A stretch of DNA of 40,000 bases, taken from an uncultured phage cr111_1. This document shows positions 1-9,622 of this stretch, in pieces. How positions within the stretch are numbered: position 1 is the stretch's first letter; every line of letters starts with the position of its first letter. Where the stretch lies: sequence record MT774387.1; one strand, written 5' to 3'. A program made the position numbers and the translations under genes. A model generated the notes under the pieces. That model saw only the letters and a program-made list of their open reading frames with translations. It was not told the origin of the DNA and searched no databases.

Positions 1-803
1 CTACAGAAATAGGTGACAAACTCTGAAAAGTGCTCCTTGGTGAAGTTCTCTGAAAACCGAGGGACTCTTACATTTGAGACAGAATGTGAAAGAGGCAATG
101 ACAATCTGGGGAACCTGACTATATCACGCTGCTCTCTCCATCTTCCATTATTGGTTCCTATAGTTTCCATACGATGATACGGACCACCCTCCAAAGATTC
201 CACATGAACATACTGGTCCAACTGTACTGCAACGAGAGTCCAATCTTCCCAGGAAAAATCTATAGAGAGTCTTGAGATAGTATCCCTGATAGGTCCATTG
301 CCTAAACATCCTCCCTGCCAAGTGGTCAGGTTATCAAAAGGAATGGTTCTTACATGAGAATGCAGGTAGCTGTTCTTACACTCTGCATGAGTAAAGGTAG
401 CTCTGTGGAATTGAGGCCCTGAGTAGAGTTTTCCATCAGGTAGCAGAACTACTCTGGCATACATATCTCTGATAAGATGGGTTCTGCCCCTCTCATTAGC
501 AATAGTCAGTTCAGGAAAATGTACAATGATTGTAGCATTGTTCAAATTCTGCCTGAGAACATTTCTCAGTCTCTCCTGATAAACTATAAAGTCATCCTCA
601 GAGACATCTCTTATCAGTATAGTAGCTTTCCCAGGGAGAGTGATTAACTTCCCTAACATCTGAGAAACAAAGTCATCCTCAGAAAGAACTCCCTGCAGGT
701 CTACTCTGTCCTCACCAAAAGTATTGATGAAGATAGAGTGGACTGTCTGAATATTCTCCAGACAGTCCTTATACCATGATTTGATGGTTTCTCCTCTATC
801 CAT
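1..803 (-). CDS. Partial CDS (runs off left edge), E2 ubiquitin-conjugating-like / PRTRC protein B-like protein
   Basis: Manual translation from ATG at 803..801 (MDRGETIKSWYKDCLENIQTVHSIF...) stays open to the window edge. Contains ...YLHSHVRTIPFDNLTTWQGGCLGNGPIRDTI..., resembling the H...CLGxGP active-site region of prokaryotic E2-like proteins. Absent from the ORF track because it is truncated. Confidence 0.45.
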   Translation of the reverse strand, partial: MDRGETIKSWYKDCLENIQTVHSIFINTFGEDRVDLQGVLSEDDFVSQMLGKLITLPGKATILIRDVSEDDFIVYQERLRNVLRQNLNNATIIVHFPELTIANERGRTHLIRDMYARVVLLPDGKLYSGPQFHRATFTHAECKNSYLHSHVRTIPFDNLTTWQGGCLGNGPIRDTISRLSIDFSWEDWTLVAVQLDQYVHVESLEGGPYHRMETIGTNNGRWREQRDIVRFPRLSLPLSHSVSNVRVPRFSENFTKEHFSEFVTYFC

Positions 804-812
804 CACCCTCTA

Positions 813-1448
813 CTATCGCATTGCAAGAGCTCTCAACTCAGCCTCACTGTAGGGGCTGTCAGACTTCGAAGCTTTCGGAGCCTCCTTGGCGACAGTGCCA
901 AGAATCTCTTCTGCCTCATAGTCCTCCAGGGTGCCATTGGACACCAGGACCTCAATCAGGGCATTGAACTTGTCCTCCAGGGGACAAGCAGCTACCTCAG
1001 GCTTAGCCTTGGCCTTCTCCGACTTGGGAGCTTCAGGAGCTGCCTTGGGAGTCTTCTTCGAGAGGAAAGCTTCCAGGTCAGCAGTGCTCACCTGAGTGAA
1101 GTTCTTTCCGAACTTTGCCTTGATAGCATCCTGAAGGCCGGCCTTCTTTACAGCCTCATAAGCCTCAGTACGGCTCATAGCACCCGAGCGAATCTTCTTG
1201 TTTGCAGTGGTCAGAGTGAAGACCAGGTTATTGGTCTTTGCACCCTTCCACTCCAGGTCTCTCGGGAGAACCGAGGCATCATCTACCAGCTCAGTACGGC
1301 TGAGACCCTCTCTGAAGGTTTTACCTTCATAGTCGATGCCATTCTGGGCGAGGTCTCTCTTGAGTTCACCCAGAGTTTCAGCCGACGACTGAATAGTCTT
1401 GTGACCATTTCCAGACTCCGAGATGATGGTGATTGTGCGTGCTTCCAT
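813..1448 (-). CDS. Protein with N-terminal ubiquitin-like (beta-grasp, PRTRC-C-like) domain and charged C-terminal region
   Basis: ORF 211 aa; TITIISESGNGHKTIQSSAETLGELKRDLAQNGIDYEGKTFREGLSRTELVDDASVLP...NNLVFTLTTANKKIRSG fits a Ub-like fold; adjacent to the E2-like ORF. Confidence 0.5.
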   Translation of the reverse strand: MEARTITIISESGNGHKTIQSSAETLGELKRDLAQNGIDYEGKTFREGLSRTELVDDASVLPRDLEWKGAKTNNLVFTLTTANKKIRSGAMSRTEAYEAVKKAGLQDAIKAKFGKNFTQVSTADLEAFLSKKTPKAAPEAPKSEKAKAKPEVAACPLEDKFNALIEVLVSNGTLEDYEAEEILGTVAKEAPKASKSDSPYSEAELRALAMR

Positions 1449-1480
1449 AACTTTTTGTGTGTTTTAAAAGATTTGTTATT

Positions 1481-2515
1481 TTAGAAAGGACATTCGTCCT
1501 CTCCGATTTTTTGATTTGTGATTAGACCTATTATGGTCTGTTGTAATTTTTCTCTCCCATGATTATGGTAGAGGTCTGAGGGGTCTTTCGACCTTAGTTC
1601 AGTAGGGATTTCTATCTGTTTAAGTCCAAAGGTTTCAGCAAGTTTCTTTCCAAATTCACGTCCATAGTTTATCTCGGACCTAAAGTCATTATCATAGAGG
1701 ACGTATACAGTTCTGAATCTCAGAAGAAGCTCACTAACTACATGAGCTTTGGGAATATAGCCTTCCCCTTGCAGACTGACAGATGGAATTCCTGTGTTTG
1801 CCCACATACATAGGGCATCTTTTCTTGAAGAGGTTATTATCAACCTGTCTCCCTTTTCAGGCAACTTGGACCATAAATCCCAGACACTTCTGTCATGAGT
1901 ATTGCGCCATTTGTATAGTTTACTGAATGGTTGATATATCTTAAGAGTAGGTTTGTTATCCTTGAATTCTACAAAGACATAAGCATATTTCTCTGCAGGA
2001 ATTACAATAGTACCAGTAGGCTTGTTAATAAAGATGTGTGAAATGGGATGTATATCCCCGAACTCCAACCATTCCTTATTTATTCCATAGCTTTCCCAGT
2101 ACTCTAAATCCCAAGGTTTCCAATTTCTCACTCTTACTTCGATAGTAACCTCACTACTGAATGATACTACCCCTTTGGGCGTGGCTGTATAAGTAACTTC
2201 TACACTTTGCTCATGGGCTGTTATCCGGCTTAATTCAGAGAGTAATCTCTTTTCAGCTTCCTTGATGGTAGTCCCCCAGGTCTTTGCCATCAGTAGCTTG
2301 AAATTGCCGGTTTCTCCTGTACCAAAATCAACCCAATGTATCTTTCCTGAAGAACCTGATGTGATACTTAAGGAAGGACTTGAATCTCTTCTGAAAGGAG
2401 AGCTTATTACACAAGGGATTTGGTGTATATTGAAGTAAAAGGCAAGAGCTTTATACTCTATATCCTTACTCCAATACACACTATAATCACTTGATTCGCC
2501 TTGAGCGAAGCCCAT
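1481..2515 (-). CDS. DnaG-family primase (TOPRIM)
   Basis: 344 aa ORF; RLIITSSRKDALCMW...SLQGEGYIP...VYVLYDNDF...SKDPSDLYHN resembles TOPRIM motifs. Confidence 0.75.
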   Translation of the reverse strand: MGFAQGESSDYSVYWSKDIEYKALAFYFNIHQIPCVISSPFRRDSSPSLSITSGSSGKIHWVDFGTGETGNFKLLMAKTWGTTIKEAEKRLLSELSRITAHEQSVEVTYTATPKGVVSFSSEVTIEVRVRNWKPWDLEYWESYGINKEWLEFGDIHPISHIFINKPTGTIVIPAEKYAYVFVEFKDNKPTLKIYQPFSKLYKWRNTHDRSVWDLWSKLPEKGDRLIITSSRKDALCMWANTGIPSVSLQGEGYIPKAHVVSELLLRFRTVYVLYDNDFRSEINYGREFGKKLAETFGLKQIEIPTELRSKDPSDLYHNHGREKLQQTIIGLITNQKIGEDECPF

Positions 2516-2517
2516 TA

Positions 2518-3426
2518 CTAATTAAACCAGTTTCCCTGAGCTTTGGGGGCCTCCTGCTGAGTCTCAGGAGCTTTGAAAGCTGTAGCACCTACTACATATT
2601 CATGCAGAGGTTCTACAGAGAACTCAGTGTTGGGATAGCTCCCATTGTTCTTTGCAAGCTGGATTTCCTCGTCCAGTTTGCTGTAGTCAGTGACTCTCAG
2701 TCTGAGAGTCTTGCGGATGAAGACATCCTGATACTGCTTGTTGTCATCAGTAGTTCTTACACCGAAGCACAGCTTTACCTGATTGCCCGGCTGACTGCCA
2801 ATGACCTCCCGGATTTCCGAGACATCTCCCTTGAAGTAGTTCTCCACTCTGCCCAGCTGAGCCTCAGCATCTGCAAGGTTCTTGATGGGCTTCCACTCTC
2901 CAGTGTTGTTGTCACGGAAAGTAGGACCAGGGATAACCAGGAAATTCTTGAGGAAATCCACCAGGTCAGCCTCACCTCTGTAGGCCTTTCTCATGCCCTC
3001 AGTGCTGTAGATGACCTTGCTGGTGCTTACCTCCATCTTCTCAGCCTCTTCCAAGGTAATCCAGAAGGTTTCACCATACTTGTTAATCATCTGCACCTTG
3101 GTGCCTGCAGAGCTAATCCACGGAGCCTTGGTGAGGAAGAAGCTGACCTTAGAGGTCATCTCAATCCCATTGCACTTCTCAGCATTGGACTTTACAATGA
3201 AGTCCAGACGAATCTGAGGATACTCCACACCATTAATGGTGGTTTTACCCACATAGGTGGGCTCATTGGGCATCTGAGTGCCATAAATCTTCTCCAGCTC
3301 AGCCTTCGAAGGATTTACAGCCAGGATGTACACAGGTGCCACACCAATGTACCGACGGATGACAGACTCCTTGGATTCCTGACCTGCTGCAAAGGCCATA
3401 AAGAGGACTTTTACTAAATTACTCAT
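2518..3426 (-). CDS. Conserved phage protein, possible ssDNA-binding/replication accessory protein
   Basis: 302 aa ORF in the replication cluster, acidic/Q-rich tail ending NWFN. Confidence 0.45.
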   Translation of the reverse strand: MSNLVKVLFMAFAAGQESKESVIRRYIGVAPVYILAVNPSKAELEKIYGTQMPNEPTYVGKTTINGVEYPQIRLDFIVKSNAEKCNGIEMTSKVSFFLTKAPWISSAGTKVQMINKYGETFWITLEEAEKMEVSTSKVIYSTEGMRKAYRGEADLVDFLKNFLVIPGPTFRDNNTGEWKPIKNLADAEAQLGRVENYFKGDVSEIREVIGSQPGNQVKLCFGVRTTDDNKQYQDVFIRKTLRLRVTDYSKLDEEIQLAKNNGSYPNTEFSVEPLHEYVVGATAFKAPETQQEAPKAQGNWFN

Positions 3427-3458
3427 TACTTATATAAGTTTATGTTGTTGTACTTTGT

Positions 3459-3776
3459 TTAACCCAGGAAAGGTGCTTCCTGTACCAGCTCCATTTCAGG
3501 ATGAGGTTCCATGCTCACTTCAGCCTCAGGAATCTCAGGCTTGTCAGCAATCTCTACCTTGCCCTCATTGGCAATGATGATTCCAGGGTCAATGCCTCCG
3601 GTGATGGGGTCTATCATCTGCTTGTAGGCATCAATCTTGTCATCGACCTCTTTCAGTTCAGCCAGAATTGCATTGGCCTGCTTCTCCAGAGTGGCTCTTC
3701 TTCTGAGCAGCGGAGAAATGTTCTTCAGTGTTCTCTTCAGTGCGGCTACTTCAAACCGCGAAAACTGTTTAATCAT
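3459..3776 (-). CDS. Small coiled-coil protein of unknown function
   Basis: 105 aa ORF in collinear gene cluster; heptad-rich N-terminal half. Confidence 0.6.
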   Translation of the reverse strand: MIKQFSRFEVAALKRTLKNISPLLRRRATLEKQANAILAELKEVDDKIDAYKQMIDPITGGIDPGIIIANEGKVEIADKPEIPEAEVSMEPHPEMELVQEAPFLG

Positions 3777-3787
3777 TGTGTTTTGTG

Positions 3788-4018
3788 TTAAAAGAATTTT
3801 ATGAGTCTGCCCTCCTTGTCCTTAAGGACAGAGAGTTCGTACTTTTCGGATAAGTCAGCCATGATAAGCTCCATAATATAGCTTCGTATAGAACAAATCT
3901 GTATTAATAACAAAGCCATTGAAGGGCTCTTACCATTGGCTATACAGTATTTATGGATAGTCTTAAGCCACCCATCCCTATTCAGGGAGGCTATAAATAC
4001 CGATCTATCCATAATACT
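3788..4018 (-). CDS. Small hypothetical protein
   Basis: ORF track 3788..4051; an internal Met (MSIMDRSVF...) gives much less overlap with the upstream gene. Start uncertain. Confidence 0.4.
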   Translation of the reverse strand, partial: SIMDRSVFIASLNRDGWLKTIHKYCIANGKSPSMALLLIQICSIRSYIMELIMADLSEKYELSVLKDKEGRLIKFF

Positions 4019-4682
4019 CATCCATAGCTTTGAAGACCAAAGCCAAGTCATTCGGAATAGTGTTCTCAGTGAACATATCTTCCGGAGTTTTTGCAGGAAT
4101 TTCTGCAGTACCTACCATACACTTGTGAGTGTAGAATTGGTAAGTGGTAGAGGTTTTCTCCATAGAGGGCTTGCAGTAAAGACAGATGGGAACCACCTCC
4201 AAAGGATTATAATGGTCCTCAATCATCTTACCACTCATCTTCACCTTCTTGGCTACTACAGCTCCATCAGAAATTACGTCGTCATCATGAAGCATGAGGA
4301 CCACATTGAGGTCTCCTCTTGCATTCTCTGCTGTCTCGATAATCTTCTGAAAATGAGCAGCCATTTCAGTGAATTTTCCATAGCCAGTCTCTTTGGCCCT
4401 TCTGAACAGCTCTTTCTCGACAATGAATCTTGCATCATCAATGACAAGAGTGGTAATGTGGGGCTGGGAAGAGCTGATATGCTCAATAAACCCTACCACA
4501 TCATCCCATTTGTCGAGATTAGCCAGGTTTTTGTTCTGTGCTGAGTAGAGAGCCCTTGAACCTTTGAAGGGAAGGTCTTTCTTCAGAACATTGACCACTA
4601 CAGTCTTTGCAGGGTCAAGATTCTTTATACTCCGACTTTTTCCACTTCCGGTAGGTCCTACTACAATCAGTATTTTACCCAT
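4005..4682 (-). CDS. P-loop ATPase (AAA/RecA-like)
   Basis: Walker A GPTGSGKS at N-terminus and Walker B-like TTLVIDDARF. Confidence 0.8.
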   Translation of the reverse strand: MGKILIVVGPTGSGKSRSIKNLDPAKTVVVNVLKKDLPFKGSRALYSAQNKNLANLDKWDDVVGFIEHISSSQPHITTLVIDDARFIVEKELFRRAKETGYGKFTEMAAHFQKIIETAENARGDLNVVLMLHDDDVISDGAVVAKKVKMSGKMIEDHYNPLEVVPICLYCKPSMEKTSTTYQFYTHKCMVGTAEIPAKTPEDMFTENTIPNDLALVFKAMDEYYG

Positions 4683-5698
4683 TCTTTTTGAATAAATTTG
4701 TGAAAAATCTCTTGGTTTTGTTTTTGTATACAGTCATGAGAGTGTCGCCTCTCAGTCTATTCAAGAAATTATAAACTCCCTGAATAGCCTCTTTGTCATC
4801 AGCTCTTGGTAGCTCTTCGAAGACACCTACAGCTCCATCGAAATACAATGGACATACCAGACCTCCAGCTCCATTGTCCCTATCATCAATAATCTCCATG
4901 AATCGGATATTATTTCTGAACATATCAATGTTATAGCCCTCATAAGAGTGCTCACCGAATTTAAAGGGAGAATAAAGCCCGAAGGCAGTATTGATATCTC
5001 TGATAGTAGACTTGCAGTCTGCAAGACCACTTGCAGAGGGCTTCATCAACTTCAGTTTGATATTGTCTGTACCCTCTTGAGCCTGAGCCTGATGCTGGAT
5101 AAGCACAGGAGACATGCCAAGCTGATTCCTCAGAGTGACAAAATACTTTGATAACTTCTCAATACTTCCCATCTTCCCAAGATTGCTCTCTTCGATTATA
5201 TTCGAAGCATTATCAAAGATGATTATTACAATCTGTTCGGGGTCATCGGGAATATACTGGTCTATTACCTCAATCTCCTCTTCTCTGCCTGTGTCAGGGT
5301 CTTTCTTCTTAATAGTGGTGTAAGTGAAATGCCCATGCTCAGCTGCCCAAGCTCTACAGTACTTGTTGACTCCAGTAGGATTGCCTATATCATCAATGAA
5401 AGTAACTGTATTGGCAAAAGAGTCGATATACCTCGTATATTCCTCAGATTCCAGTAAATCCAGAACTTCCTGAGGAACAGGTTTATCAGCTCTCGTACTC
5501 TTCAAATCTACAGGAGAGATTCGGATAGACTTGTTAGAGAGTCTGTAAAGAAGATGTGAATAGAACTCCATCATCTTATCCTCCTTACTCATCTCTCTTG
5601 TGAAATACAACACCTTGACACTCCCCTGCTGGGGATTCTCAAGGAAATAAAAGAAGGGGTCATAAACAAAAACCTTGTCAGCAAACTTGGACTTACCT
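4675..5698 (-). CDS. Exon 2 of DnaB-like replicative helicase / RecA-fold ATPase
   Basis: Frame is open upstream of the track's GTG start to GGT AAG TCC (GKSKFADKVFVYDPFFYFLENPQQGSVKVLYFTREM...); Walker B-like VIIIFDNASNI and LIQHQAQAQ. Confidence 0.8.
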
Positions 5699-6598
5699 CA
5701 TACCACTATAGTTTTCACTACCATTTCTGTTTGTGGTCTGGACCATTTCTTCATCCACATGGGATGTCCCTGCATTTGGCCTCTGGGGCTGTAGCTTTAC
5801 CTACTATGCCTCTTCAAGTTAGCATATCCGTTTCCAGACTTAGCCTTCGAAGATATTCAGGGATAATAATATCATAGATTACTCTATGAAACGGCAGTTT
5901 TTTAGAAGCTTTCTAAGCCTTTTACTATTGCCTTGATAGGGTGGTAAGGTTTCCTTATACTCATGAGCCCACATAAAGCCTCCTCCTGCTTGATAGGTTC
6001 CATTAAGATTCCTACAGATAGAAGACTCTGAAACTCCAGTTTCTAAAGAAGCCTGTTCCAAACTATCATACTCTCTCAAGAAATTTCCCATTAAATCATA
6101 TTGATAAGTTTTTTTGGGATTGAAATTAACGGCTAATTTTCCTTCAGCTATTAATCTTCTTCTCGTCTGAGATTGTTTCTTTCTCGATTCAGGACTGAGG
6201 ATATTTCTCTCTACCTTTCGTGTAATATTGTATTCCGCTTTGAACAAATCTATATAATATTGTTCTCTTTCTGTGAGAAATTCCTCCTCACAATACTCTA
6301 ATACAAACCAATCGAACTCTTCTTCCCCATGTTTTAACCATGAATTTTGGAGAATAATGTTTTCATGCTTGGCATGTCTAAGCAGAGCAAAGTGTTTAAG
6401 AAGCCTACCATAAATGTTCTTGGAGCTTCCAATATATCTCTTGTTATTAGAGATATTCTGAATACAATAAATTCCTGACTTCTGAAAGTCCTTAGTAACT
6501 TGTCTCATATTTTTTTTACAGTTTAATACTGCGAATATAAAACAAAGTTTCCATTTTAGCAATAGTCTAAGTGCTTTAGTTTAAGTTTCTAAATATTT
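5699..6598 (-). mobile_element. Putative group I intron (about 900 nt) carrying a GIY-YIG endonuclease ORF, inserted in Walker A codons of the helicase gene
   Basis: 5' exon ends in T (AACCAAAAGGT^AAATATTTAG), intron ends in G (GTGGTATG^AGGTAAGTCC). Removing it restores the reading frame and the P-loop (VTANQKVGKS). The 3' part is structured with ATGCAGGGACATCCCATG...GAAGAAATGGTCC, reminiscent of a group I core. Confidence 0.75.
5879..6562 (-). CDS. GIY-YIG homing endonuclease
   Basis: KSGIYCIQNISNNKRYIGSSKNIYGRLLKHF...EREQYYIDLFKAEYN plus C-terminal DNA-binding repeats (NUMOD-like). Confidence 0.9.
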   Translation of the reverse strand: MLKWKLCFIFAVLNCKKNMRQVTKDFQKSGIYCIQNISNNKRYIGSSKNIYGRLLKHFALLRHAKHENIILQNSWLKHGEEEFDWFVLEYCEEEFLTEREQYYIDLFKAEYNITRKVERNILSPESRKKQSQTRRRLIAEGKLAVNFNPKKTYQYDLMGNFLREYDSLEQASLETGVSESSICRNLNGTYQAGGGFMWAHEYKETLPPYQGNSKRLRKLLKNCRFIE

Positions 6599-6759
6599 AC
6601 CTTTTGGTTTGCTGTTACCAAGTAATACCTCGCCCTTTCTATACCAGGGAACCACACTCTGAATCGAGGAAAAGGAAAAGGGAGACAGTTGATAAGTCCC
6701 CTTAATATCCTATCCCTCCTATCCTTGAGTATTTGTAGTGCTCGTGTAGCTAAAGACAT
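6599..6759 (-). CDS. Exon 1 of DnaB-like replicative helicase / RecA-fold ATPase
   Basis: Manual translation: MSLATRALQILKDRRDRILRGLINCLPFPFPRFRVWFPGIERARYYLVTANQKV, then intron. Joined to exon 2 (4675..5698) it gives one 394-aa frame reading ...YYLVTANQKV-GKSKFADKVFVYDPFF...; below the ORF-track size cutoff. Confidence 0.75.
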
Positions 6760-6798
6760 CAGTTAATATTTAAAGGAGAATAGGTTTCCCCATCTGAG

Positions 6799-7392
6799 TT
6801 AAACAATGGTACTTGTCCAATCATTTCTCAGGTTTTCTTCCTCACCTGCATTCTCCAGATAGGTGAGTAAATCTGATGTGCTCTCAACATCTCCGGCAGC
6901 TCCTCTTTCCTCTTTCCAAATGAAATATTTCAAGGTTCTCATAAGGCGATAATTGCCATTATGTCCCTCTACATACTTCTGAGTAGCTCTGATGATATTT
7001 TCATGTGGATATTCTCCATATTTCTTGAAGAACATCTTCAGTCTTTTCTCAATCAATGCCACTCCTTCAGTCCAAGGCAGATTGGTTCCATCTTTCTTTC
7101 CCTTGGGATAGAGGTCTTTCAAAGCTTGTGCCAATGTCTTTAAATCTCTGTTATCATCAGAAATAGCAGATTGGGAAAGGACATTATTCACAAAATCTCT
7201 ACCTTCAGTACTTACGACAAATCCATTCACCTTTTGACCATTCAAATCAAAAAGAGGCTGTCCGAAACCCTTCAATCCCAAATCTACATAGATTCGGTCT
7301 GCAGGAGTTCCCTTGTTAGTTGCTGCCCAAAGAATTAGGAACTCCTCTAAAGTGAGCCCCTTGAGCAATGTCGTGTCTACTACAAGTTTCAT
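6799..7392 (-). CDS. Conserved hypothetical replication-module protein
   Basis: 197 aa ORF, collinear with the helicase genes. Confidence 0.55.
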   Translation of the reverse strand: MKLVVDTTLLKGLTLEEFLILWAATNKGTPADRIYVDLGLKGFGQPLFDLNGQKVNGFVVSTEGRDFVNNVLSQSAISDDNRDLKTLAQALKDLYPKGKKDGTNLPWTEGVALIEKRLKMFFKKYGEYPHENIIRATQKYVEGHNGNYRLMRTLKYFIWKEERGAAGDVESTSDLLTYLENAGEEENLRNDWTSTIV

Positions 7393-8603
7393 AGTGATAT
7401 CTCAGAGAGGTCTTCCACAGTGTGAACATAATTCATGTCAATACCCTCTAATGCCTTTTCCAAATACTCCTCATCTCTCGTGCCCCGGAAATAAAGGATG
7501 ATTTGTATAGGGTCATCAGCTCTCAGAGTTCTACCGAACTTTTGAATAAAGGCTCTTTCCTGACCATCTAATTGAGCTATTACACCCACTTCAATATCAG
7601 TCAAGTTTTGACCTTCTTGTAACATGTTCACAGCTAAGAGATTGCTTATCTCTTTGTTATTAAACCTCTCTATAGTCTTGAGGGAATCCGATTTCCTTGA
7701 ATGAATTGCATTCTCCCCTCCCAGAAGTTCAGCCTGGTCTATGCTTCCACAGAAACAGATGAATCTTCTCTCTTTAAGTAATTCCAACAATGCTCTCAAT
7801 GCAGTGGTTTTGAACTCTGCCAAAGTCCTTTTCCTCTCACTACCAAGTTGCAACCATTTATTCTTGAGAAACTCTTGTCTTCTCACCATAAACTGCCTTT
7901 TGAAATATTCTACCTTATTGGTAAGATAGTTATATTTCTGAAGCTGGTTACACTTAATCATAAGAGTAGTAGGTGGCATAGTTTTCTTCCTACTGATATA
8001 ACTGAACATTCTTTCAAACGTGGTTTCAACAACCACTCTTTTCTTGGAGTCTCCCCAAGATTCTTCGATGACCTCCGAATAGTTAGCTCTGTCCAGAGAG
8101 AGAGGAACCAGATATATCTTAGGGACTGGTAAAAGTCCTTCAGATATTGCATCTCTGAGAGTAATAGTATACTTATAGAATCTACCATTAAAAGCTGTAT
8201 TTAACAGCTCTTCATCATCTCTTGACAGAGTTGCAGTTAATACGACTACCTTCTCCGTCTTCAAAGTAGAGAGAATATTCATTCTCAACTCTGATTTTGC
8301 ATGATGCCCTTCATCAAGGATGATAATATCCCATTCAGTATCCTTGTAATTCTTCAGAGAGGCATAACATTCGACAGTCACCTTAGACCAGAGTTCAGGA
8401 TTCCATCTCTCGAACTCCTTCTTCCAATTCTCCTTATGTGGTATTTCTGCCACAATGAGAAGTATCCTGGCTGGTTTATCCAAGGCAGCTATCTCTATAG
8501 CTCCTCTTGATTTACCCACACCAGTAGCCCAATTAAGAATTAGGTACTTGTGCTCCTTGGACAACTCCAAGGCCTGCTCTAATATAGACTCTCTTGTCAT
8601 CAT
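7389..8603 (-). CDS. SNF2/DEAD-like superfamily 2 helicase
   Basis: NWATGVGKSRGA (Walker A), IIILDEGHH (motif II), VVLTATLS (motif III), INMLQEGQNLT (C-terminal motifs). Start likely at internal Met (M36/37 of the ORF). Confidence 0.85.
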   Translation of the reverse strand: MMTRESILEQALELSKEHKYLILNWATGVGKSRGAIEIAALDKPARILLIVAEIPHKENWKKEFERWNPELWSKVTVECYASLKNYKDTEWDIIILDEGHHAKSELRMNILSTLKTEKVVVLTATLSRDDEELLNTAFNGRFYKYTITLRDAISEGLLPVPKIYLVPLSLDRANYSEVIEESWGDSKKRVVVETTFERMFSYISRKKTMPPTTLMIKCNQLQKYNYLTNKVEYFKRQFMVRRQEFLKNKWLQLGSERKRTLAEFKTTALRALLELLKERRFICFCGSIDQAELLGGENAIHSRKSDSLKTIERFNNKEISNLLAVNMLQEGQNLTDIEVGVIAQLDGQERAFIQKFGRTLRADDPIQIILYFRGTRDEEYLEKALEGIDMNYVHTVEDLSEISL

Positions 8604-8841
8604 CCAACTCCAAATCTGTGAAAGGAATATCCCCTCCCAGCTGAATTCTAAACCCTTGGAATCTTTTGAAAACTTCCCAAAGATGAAGATGCAAGACCAT
8701 ACCTTCATGGTATCTCATAGCCTTTAAATAGGCTAATGTGCTTGGTTTAACATCCCTACTCAAGAGTTCTTCATCTTGCTTTGTAAGGTATTCAGCTCCA
8801 GCACGAGTTAGAGTGATTCTCACTTTATCCTCCAAGTTCAT
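8533..8841 (-). CDS. Small hypothetical protein
   Basis: C-terminal part of track ORF 8533..8985, starting MNLEDKVRITLTRAG; small overlap with neighbours. Confidence 0.5.
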   Translation of the reverse strand: MNLEDKVRITLTRAGAEYLTKQDEELLSRDVKPSTLAYLKAMRYHEGMVLHLHLWEVFKRFQGFRIQLGGDIPFTDLELDDDKRVYIRAGLGVVQGAQVPNS

Positions 8842-9248
8842 CGATTGTTCAGATAATCTTGAAGAAGTTTGAATGAGCCTCTCAGAGGAGCAGGGGTCTG
8901 CACAGGAGCAATGGCTACTTTGGTACCTCTTGCCTCGACCTTTCGGTTGATAAAGGTTTTCTGTCTGCAGAACATAGCAAAGCACACTTTCTCTTTGGAA
9001 ATCCTGGAATACCAGTGTGTTGATATTCTTGCAACATACTTATTCTCTCTTGCCTTAGGCCCTTTAAGAGTAGCTAAGGAAGGAGAATTGTATATCTTCG
9101 CAGCTGCTCTACAGCAGGCAGCAAGAATATTCTCAGGGGTCTTTCTGACCTCTGCCCTGATGATGGCATCTGCACCCTCAGGAAATCTTACCCCTCTCAT
9201 TCCCCCATGATTTGATAGGTGAAACTCTTTCCCCCGTAGTGCTCGCAA
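8838..9248 (-). CDS. Hypothetical protein
   Basis: 136 aa ORF, collinear, near-contiguous spacing. Confidence 0.5.
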   Translation of the reverse strand: MRALRGKEFHLSNHGGMRGVRFPEGADAIIRAEVRKTPENILAACCRAAAKIYNSPSLATLKGPKARENKYVARISTHWYSRISKEKVCFAMFCRQKTFINRKVEARGTKVAIAPVQTPAPLRGSFKLLQDYLNNR

Positions 9249-9622
9249 AGCCTCTGGAGATGAATCTTGAGTCTCTGCTCAGCAGACAGGTTCTTCCAGT
9301 CTTTTTTCTTGAGCTTCAACCCGAACATCCAGCTCTCGAAAGAATCAGCACTTGTCATCCAGGCATATGCTTCTCTCCCGAGAGAAATGGATTTGATGGC
9401 AGGCTTAGCCACCAGATTGTGATGTTTGAACCTGCCTCTCCTTACTACTTTCGCAGCAATTTCTTCAGGAAGTTTTTTTTTGGACCCTCCTTTTACGTCA
9501 CCAAGAGTGAGGGCCCATTCAATCTTGGTAATCTTACTCTCGCGTACAAGAGTGCCTCCCTGCAATGCAATGCTCAGGAGGACTTTGGTTTCTGTATACA
9601 TTAAATACAATATCCAGGGCAC
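9197..9622 (-). CDS. Hypothetical protein
   Basis: 141 aa ORF, collinear; start probably internal. Confidence 0.5.
   Translation of the reverse strand: MPWILYLMYTETKVLLSIALQGGTLVRESKITKIEWALTLGDVKGGSKKKLPEEIAAKVVRRGRFKHHNLVAKPAIKSISLGREAYAWMTSADSFESWMFGLKLKKKDWKNLSAEQRLKIHLQRLCEHYGGKSFTYQIMGE

Noticed and set aside
2491-3417. 308-aa plus-strand ORF antisense to 2518..3426
   Set aside because: Leu/Ser-rich mirror of a well-supported minus-strand ORF in a collinear operon; typical shadow ORF.
3936-4544. 202-aa plus-strand ORF
   Set aside because: Antisense to the P-loop ATPase gene with a clear GPTGSGKS motif.
4675-5613. Stand-alone start of the helicase-like ORF at GTG 5613
   Set aside because: The frame is open and clearly homologous upstream (GKSKFADKVF...); the GTG start is an artefact of the split gene.
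4005-5698. Toxin-antitoxin or canonical defence island (RM, CBASS, retron)
   Set aside because: No such domains recognisable; the only RT is the DGR-type remnant, and the ATPases fit replication roles.
8869-9210. Plus-strand ORFs at 7848..8132, 8455..8727, 8869..9210, 9212..9604, 10718..11386, 11836..12144, 13006..13275, 15406..16069, 16564..17184, 18440..18898 and similar
   Set aside because: All lie antisense to better-supported genes and have no recognisable domains.
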